Assembly: GCA_054661495.1 (NCBI GenBank)
Contig: BAAFSQ010000396.1
Location: 1 to 7,886, forward strand
Length of the DNA: 7,886 nucleotides
Reading direction: 5' to 3'
From: Zygophlyctis sp. KS116
Lineage: Eukaryota; Fungi; Chytridiomycota
The notes below the pieces were generated by a model that saw nothing but the letters and a program-made list of their open reading frames with translations, was not told the origin of the DNA and searched no databases. Positions 6,156-7,886 of the stretch are shown one piece after another. Both the position numbers and the translations under genes were made by a program. Position 1 is the stretch's first letter, and every line of letters begins with the position of its first letter.

Positions 6156-7265
6156 GGTATTGCTTCTCTTCTAAAATAGTTGATGTAATCAGAAATTCTA
6201 ATTGTTTTGGATCAAGTTTGATGTCATCTGGTATAATAGAATTTTGTAGCTCATTTAATCTTTGATCTATTTCCTTTAGTCTTTCATGATTAAGCGATAA
6301 TTCAAACGTCAGTGATTCCAAGACTGAGTCTACCACATTTGGCGATCTGATTGATGAAAGAGGGGTCGTGGTTCCAGATGGCATTGCTGATGACCACACG
6401 AGTGATTTAGTCTCCCAATCTGATTCAGGAACAATTTTCTGTAGCTCTTTGTCTATTTCTAATAATCTATTTAGATCCAAAGGATCTGGATAAAAGCCTG
6501 TCAAAGATGATTGAGGTCGATCGATTGAAGATGCATTTTCAAAGTTATCAAAAGATTCAACATCAAACTCTGAATTTTCCAAAATGTTTTCAACTCTTAT
6601 ACATTCAACCTGGGACATTGCATGATAATAACGAGCGTCTTTACCAAGTACTATATTCCTTTGTACAAAATCTCCTGTATCATAAGCGATAGGAGTCGGA
6701 TAAACTATTTTGGGTTAAAACTTGAAAATTACCTGAATTTACTGTTTTTTGAAATAGTTGATCTCTACCGACTTTAGGCCTGGAATGCATATGAGTAGCT
6801 TCAGTAGTCTCTTCTAAAGAATTTGGAGTCTCTTCTTTCTTTATCCGATTATTTTGCAGATCTTGTGCGATCTAGTTGTATTATATTTTTAAGAATACCT
6901 TTGATTTTAATTTAAGTATTTCATCTAATTCCTGAATTTTCTTCATCCCTGAATTTATTTTCTGACTGATTAAAGGATCTGAAGCATCATTAGCCTAATA
7001 GAAATTATTTCGCTATAATACCTTATTTTCATCCTCAGTGATACAGATACTATTCTCTAAAGTAAATGGCAGCTGTGAGATACCTGAATGCAACATTTGG
7101 CTTGTCTCCAGGACCGAATATGAAGTTTCCGATGGCAGAGGTGTGAGTCCGCCTGATGATCTTCTTGATCTGACTGTCTAATTTTAATTCAAATTATAAT
7201 AATACTTTTACTGGAGTAGTAGATCGAGGAGTACTAATGGTATGAGAAACTGTATTATCATCCAT
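6148..7265 (-). CDS. FSIP1: Fibrous sheath-interacting protein 1 (FSIP1) family; exons 7265-7206, 7177-7022, 6994-6899, 6871-6733, 6704-6148 (~335 aa)
   Basis: Four 27-28-nt GT-AG introns give one continuous frame ending in the track ORF 6148-6618. The motifs GMKKIQELDEILK, DFVQRNIVLG..AMSQVE..RVENIL, RLLEIDKELQ and RLKEIDQRLNEL occur in the FSIP1 order. The first exon is the least certain. Confidence 0.75.
6705..6732 (-). other. Spliceosomal intron, 28 nt (phase 1)
   Basis: GTAATTTTCAAGTTTTAACCCAAAATAG; needed to shift into the DFVQRNI frame. Confidence 0.8.
6872..6898 (-). other. Spliceosomal intron, 27 nt
   Basis: AAG|GTATTCTTAAAAATATAATACAACTAG; contains an in-frame TAA. Confidence 0.8.
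6995..7021 (-). other. Spliceosomal intron, 27 nt
   Basis: AAG|GTATTATAGCGAAATAATTTCTATTAG; contains an in-frame TAG. Confidence 0.78.
7178..7205 (-). other. Spliceosomal intron, 28 nt
   Basis: GTATTATTATAATTTGAATTAAAATTAG; links the ATG at 7265 in frame. An alternative in-frame donor at 7211 would give 34 nt. Confidence 0.68.
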
Positions 7266-7743
7266 TCGAAAGTTCGGACAAATATTTGGCACGGATGGCT
7301 ATCAGTTTCAAATTAGATCCATTCTTCGAACTTTACAGTCAAATATTCCATTAAGTCCGAAATAATTACTCGACAACTCATGCACATTCAATAACAGTAA
7401 CTAGTATACAGGGAGGTTTTAAAAATCGAGGCATAACAGTTGTTTATCATATATCCCATATCATACGGAAATAATAAAATGATTTTATGTCATAATTAAA
7501 AAGGGCTTCGTATTACTGAGACGAAGGCTTACTAATTCAAAATATATTTAACTAACGGTTGATCTAATTGCGCCCAAACTACCTCACTAGGTCCCTGCTG
7601 TGAGATTTCCTCCGGTCCTCCGGAAGAGTTTTTCTGAATAACCGACGATTGAATTAAATATGAAAGCATTTGGTTGATTTTAAGCTTGTCAGAATATTCT
7701 ATTAATAGATTGCGTCAAGTATATTTTTAGATTTAAGTCCAAT

Positions 7744-7886
7744 ATGCAATTATTATTAATGTTACTCTTCAGCGCTCAGGTGCTTTCATTAAAGACTACT
7801 CCAACTCCAAAACCAGTAGATTGTAAAACCATCTATACAAAAACTGGAAAATGTGATGGGGACCAAAAATATACAACATATATAAC
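7744..7886 (+). CDS. Putative secreted Cys-containing protein, 5' part only
   Basis: Open to the window end: MQLLLMLLFSAQVLS-LKTTPTPKPVDCKTIYTKTGKCDGDQKYTTYI. Hydrophobic signal-like N-terminus, a T/P linker and two Cys. Confidence 0.65.
   Translation, partial: MQLLLMLLFSAQVLSLKTTPTPKPVDCKTIYTKTGKCDGDQKYTTYI

Noticed and set aside
6507-6692. 61-aa plus-strand ORF
   Set aside because: Antisense to the conserved FSIP1 exon.
7153-7175. Hammerhead core CTGATGA (also near 4154 and 6387)
   Set aside because: No correctly placed GAAA or stems, and all copies lie within coding exons.
7500-7575. TPP riboswitch (CTGAGA ... TTGATC ... TAAT ... GCG)
   Set aside because: The P4/P5 stems and spacing cannot be formed, and no thiamine gene is adjacent.

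Overview
AT-rich, gene-dense eukaryotic nuclear DNA, most likely from a compact-genome flagellated (chytrid-like) fungus. That assignment is an inference from the Vps17-like, FSIP1 and DPS-x-x-x-NY-type ankyrin genes and the tiny GT-AG introns. The window holds eight genes: (1) a >=592-aa intronless secreted/membrane repeat protein on the minus strand (1777 to off the left edge, missed by the ORF track), (2) a Vps17-like PX-BAR sorting nexin, (3) DCP1, (4) a DNAJB6-like J-protein, (5) an ankyrin-repeat protein, (6) a SNIP1/Pml1 FHA protein, (7) a five-exon FSIP1-family gene and (8) the start of a Cys-containing secreted protein. All seven inferred introns are only 25-28 nt, and both convergent gene pairs overlap in coding sequence. 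The best candidate for novelty is gene 1. Its order is: signal peptide, N-glycosylated pro-region, KRR Kex2-type site, amphipathic helix, higher-order Ser/Gly/Pro repeats, a short TM helix, an acidic tail with 7 DPF (AP-2-binding-type) motifs and an OCRE-like aromatic motif. This architecture resembles a processed, membrane-inserting effector. All family calls come from motif recognition by eye, not from database searches.
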